This document shows, one piece after another, positions 59,649 through 64,000 of a stretch of 64,000 bases of DNA (positions within the stretch are counted from its first letter, which is position 1; each line of letters starts with the position of its first letter). The notes below the pieces were generated by a model that saw only the letters and a list, made by a program, of their open reading frames with translations, did not search any database and had not been told where the DNA came from. Position numbers and translations under genes: made by a program. Where the stretch lies: assembly GCA_010015805.1 (NCBI GenBank), contig ML978125.1, forward strand, positions 1,550,001 to 1,614,000, written 5' to 3'. The DNA is from Rhizodiscina lignyota. Its lineage: Eukaryota.

Positions 59649-61274
59649 ATTGGACTGTTATTGGTACGAAGGGAGCTGGCTGTCTTGCTAGAGGAGTAGC
59701 AAAGAGTACCGCAGAAAGAGCTGATCTTTCCGCACGACGTAGGTAGTCCTATTTAGCTGTTGGACAAGGCTACCACAGTTCCACTGCGGGCTTCCGCTGC
59801 GTACCCTTGCAGGGTCCAAGGTACGCGGAAGGAAAATAAATATCTATCCGGGAGGGAGCTGGTCAGCAAGTGGCCTGCTGAGTTCTACCGAAAACTAGGT
59901 TGAACCCTACGTGTAAGGAGTACCAGATACGAAAGTAACGAGCTACAGGGGTCCGAAAGTAGTTAAGATGCAAGTAGCCTACCTCCCAGCGTTTCGCTTT
60001 TTCCTCAAGGGCAACAAAACAGCTGACCGCCAGGCCCAAGGGCGATTAGCTCTTACGGTTCGAGCCTCAAGGACCATAAGCGAGCCCATCTGTGAAATCT
60101 TTAATTCTACATTCTTTGGAGTGTCTACTTCAATAACATACTGTTAAAACATCGTACAGTTTATTGATTCGTATGGCAGTAATCAAGTAAACTCTGTCCG
60201 CGAAATCTTGAAAATACCTGCCTTCCGCCGCGAAAAGGCCATCTCAAAGGCTACATTATTTGTCGACTTGAGATTGTTCGTCCGGGGTGCCTACCTAGTG
60301 AACTTATCCAAATTTAGATTCTTTGGAATCGGGGTGGAGTAATCTGGTTCGCCGGCTGACCGAGCACATCTGCTGTCGAATTGCTTTTGATCCGACCATT
60401 CACAATGAGCCAAGTCTCTAAGGTAAATTAACGGAGAAAAGTTGTTCTTCGTCATTACCTGGCATGTGATCATGATAAGTCCGGACAAAATTTGCCTCTC
60501 ATTCGCTGCGTTGGACTAATCGTACGTGTGCAGTAATATCTTCAAGATCACCACTACTATTTTGGGTCTAGCCCGAGAATTCGCAGTCGCATTAGCCGAG
60601 TTTCCTAATCCATAACCGTGTGAGACGTTATGTCATACTTATCCACGATGTGGGTGCTCCCCATCTTTATCGTACTTCGTCACTCCTGCCGTACATCACA
60701 CCAAGTCATTCGTATCCGCAGCATCGGTTGGCAGCTTCACCTCATACCGTAGCTGTCGGTGACATTCGCTTTACACTAAAAAGGAGGGCGCACACCTATC
60801 CAACGAGCCTAAGTTGGTCTTCCCTTCCACCAGGGTATCCATCGGACAGGACTCGTCTCATCTTGTGGTTAACGTCCAGAACTGCGTGACGCAGCGGGCG
60901 GGCTCCGAGGCTGTGAAGGAGTACACAACGCCAATCTCAGAGCATATTATGCCGGCATCTTGGAGGACAAGATGAAGGTGCGCAGTGCAGTTCTTGACAT
61001 CTGCGCTAGTGAACACACATTGCACCACCGCGTATTACGTGAAACAGAAGTTCAGAGCAGGACATGAGGTCTTGTTTGCAACCATTGTGTGAGCGTGATT
61101 CGCATATTCTACATAAGCGCAGGTCGTCTGTCGCATTCCAATGCAGCCCAAGTCAATTGAGGAGATGAGACTAAAGAAAAGCTATGTTCATGCCAGGGGA
61201 GATGAAGTTGCCAACTCACGGAAATATAATCGCCGTCCCAATCTAAGCCTACAGGAACCAGAGTACAACGTAGA

Positions 61275-63871
61275 TTACAGCACTTCCCCAACAATCTTTG
61301 CCGCCTCCTTATACGTGTTAAGGAGCTTGACACACTTTTCCCTCTCTGACTTGATGGCATCGTCCTCATACAGAAGCTCCTCGAAAAGATCCTCTCTGTA
61401 TAGCTCGCTGACGAGCTTATTTTGAATAACGTCTTTCGAATGGTTGACAAGGAGATGCATCACAGCTTTCGGTACTTGGTCGGCGATTGTCTCGCGTACG
61501 ATATTGAAGTATGAGGAGATGAGGCGACGGATGAGGTCTGTCTCGAGAGCTTCACGGTCGGTGAGAGCTGGTGGTTGTTCCTCGCCAAACGTCTAATGTG
61601 CATTAGCGTTAGCTTAGCATGGCAAATGCTCGAAGGATAACTTACAAACGGAGTTTCATAATCTCGTGCAGATCCGATATCCAGATCGTCTTGTGCGGAT
61701 TCCACCAATCGCGTATTATCGCCTCTCCTGATGCTACTCGAGAAGTTTGGTTCAATATTTGTGCTGACGTGCCTGCTTCCAGGCCTGTTCAAGTCCATAT
61801 TTGAAGGCGGGAGCGCGTTTCCAGATGGAGGCATTTGTCCCTCCTTGCCAAAGAAGTAGTTTAGGAAGCTGTCCTTTGCACTGCCCGCCGCCTCGGTGGT
61901 CCTTGAAGGACCATTCAATGCGCTGGCGATAGTATGTCCGCCATTCATTGGGTTTCGACCACCAACAGCAGGCGACATGCTTCTTGCTTTCGCAGAGTGG
62001 CCTCGTAATGGCAATTGACCAACCTTGTCAAGCGCAGCATCACCTTCCTCCTCCTCTTCCGGCGTGTCGACGCCATTTACACCGTTCAGCTCCTTCAACC
62101 TCCGTCTTTCTCTCTTCCGCCGCTCTGCATCATGAACCGCCTTCCGCTCCTTCTCTTGCTTGTCCTGAATGACGGATGACATCGCGGCTGCGGCACCCAA
62201 GAAATTGGGATGATTGGTATTGATGTAGGCTCTTTGAATGGAAATGAGACTCTCCACGTAGGTACTGCAAGGGCCCAGTCGTTCTCTCAGAAGGTCAGAG
62301 ACGACCTCTATTAGCTTACCCTGTAGGCGGGGATATCGTGACAGTTCGGTAGAGCCACAGGTGTGACAAATTTTGATCAACTCCTCATATACGAGCTCTA
62401 CGCATCGTTGTGATGGAATTTCCAGAAGTTTGATTTGCGGTTTTACTAGTAGGTCGAAGGCCATTTCGGGAACGAAAAGGCTGGGTCGAGGGCCAGTGGA
62501 GTTTCGGATAGCTGTTCGAATGTCGAGAACGGAAAGGTTGTGGGTAGGGTCAATCGTTTCCAGAGAGTTACCGAAGACGCTGTTGAAGATGTAGTATATC
62601 CTCGCACCTCCACAAAGTTCTTTCGTGGAGATTTCGGAGCTTGTCCCGTCTATGGATGAGATGAATGACGATGCGAACCGCGTCATGAGTTGCAGGATAA
62701 GGCTCCCACGGTGTTCCTTGCCTGTGAATGCAGTATCTCCGTAGCTTGCTAGCTCTTGCTGAGTCTGGCCCATGAGCGTATTCAACCTCGCTTTGATATC
62801 GGGAAGCCGGTCGCGAATGTGATTCATGAGAGTGGTATTCAGTGTCTTAGCAAGAAATTGCGTTCCACACCGAGGGGCCATATTCCGATACGCCGGGTGA
62901 TGTCTGAAGAAGTCTCGCTCTGCTTGCAGAGCTTCTGCCATATTCTTATTTACCTGAATGTCCTGCTGGCTTCGATTGACGACCCCAATGAACCCAAGCT
63001 TCAGAGGATACACTCTTCCGCTTAAGATGTCCAGTGCATTTGTTCCATGATCCATCAAGTCCAACTTTGTCAGAACGCCAATCGTTCGCTTCCCCATCGG
63101 ATCGACGTGCCGCGCCAATTTCAGCGCCTCGCTGTTGACAATATCGACATTTGCAGGGGACACAGCGAGAATGATACTGTTCGGTTTGGCAATATACTCG
63201 GAGATGAGAGTCCGGGTCTGCTTTTCAATGTCGCCAGGCTGGTCTCCAATGGGTACCTGTGCTAATTCAGTCACTGAAGGCCAGTAATTTTGCTCGTCCC
63301 ATCATACCTTTGTTAGGCCAGGCAAGTCAACCAAAGTGAGCGATAGAACATGAGGAGAGTATATCTTCAAATTTATCGGCTGCCGATTGATGCCTTTGTT
63401 GTTCCCTGCAATGCGCGCCGTCTCGTTCTCAATCTCCTGTTTAACTTCTTGAAAGTCGTAGAATCGTCTGCCGGGTATATGGTGAAATTCTGCCCACTCT
63501 CCTTGGGCAGCGACAGAAGCTGGGGTATGAGGCACATGAACATCATCGCCACCCGGTTTATCCTCTCTTTCGCTTGGTACGTTGATCAGTTGGAGAATCA
63601 AGGGTCGACGGGTAACGATCCCAGAGCCACGAGGAAGAAAATCGCGACCGACGATATTCTCTAAGACAGATGATTTTCCGGAAGATTGTGATCCTACAAC
63701 AACCTGAGCAACAAGTCAGTATCTAGGGAAGTTGTTCATCGAGAGAACGGCTAGGTTGGGAGCGGGGCATACGATTTGAGGAAGGTCCAGGGAGTCATTG
63801 CCAATGGTGTTGAAGACGAGATCCTGGAGTTTGTTGACTGTCCCCAAGAGGTCCTCCCCTAGTGCGGCCAT
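61275..63871 (-). CDS. DNM1: Dynamin-related mitochondrial/peroxisomal fission GTPase, 4 exons
   Basis: [40 protein letters not shown], middle domain, insert B (DSFLNYFFG), and GED ending KIVGEVL*. Confidence 0.95.
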
Positions 63872-64000
63872 TGGGAGAAGTGGTAGAAGATGTAGACGTC
63901 GGATGCGGAAAAGTTCGTCTCAACTCCCGAGGGAGCGAAAACAGGGTAAACAGAATTCGAGGGAGGCAATGAAGATGCGAAGCGTTGATGAAGCGACGGG

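Noticed and set aside
60040..60070. GGGCGATTAGCTC followed by GGTTCGAGCC, resembling tRNA A and B boxes
   Set aside because: The two pieces are only a few nt apart and no cloverleaf can form.
1..64000. CRISPR arrays, rRNA, intact transposons, or a biosynthetic gene cluster from the P450, MFS and ADH genes
   Set aside because: No repeat-spacer array, rRNA-like sequence, transposase or RT ORF, or backbone synthase seen. Those genes are interspersed with housekeeping loci.

Overview
Gene-dense 64 kb from a filamentous ascomycete (Pezizomycotina), judged by short GT-AG introns with CTAAC/CTGAC branch points and fungal-specific families. About 29 protein-coding genes are supportable, several of them missed or fragmented by the ORF track and rebuilt here by hand-splicing. 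Housekeeping genes: RPL15, SPB4, DGK1, a Gyp5-like TBC GAP, DUG1, mL58, ERV25, NCL1, AMD1, DNM1. Accessory genes: CE12 esterase, NADP-ADH, DHA1 MFS, P450, DUF3176, Clr5-domain, BTB and small secreted or Cys-rich proteins. No tRNA, rRNA, CRISPR or intact transposon was seen. The most interesting part is the left end. An RTA1-like lipid-translocating exporter is divergently paired with a Upc2-like Zn2Cys6 factor across a promoter carrying TCGTATA/TCGTA elements. The next gene is an AspRS-DUF2156 fusion (ErdS, tRNA-dependent sterol aspartylation), with no ErdH hydrolase visible. Together these may form a sensor, modifier and translocator sterol module. Other signals: a dense HMG-box site cluster (40084-40329), a Met-rich surface sensor, leaky-scanning dual-targeting candidates, a decayed C2H2 gene, a long hairpin and a 66-bp coding minisatellite. 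All family assignments come from motif recognition, not database searches.
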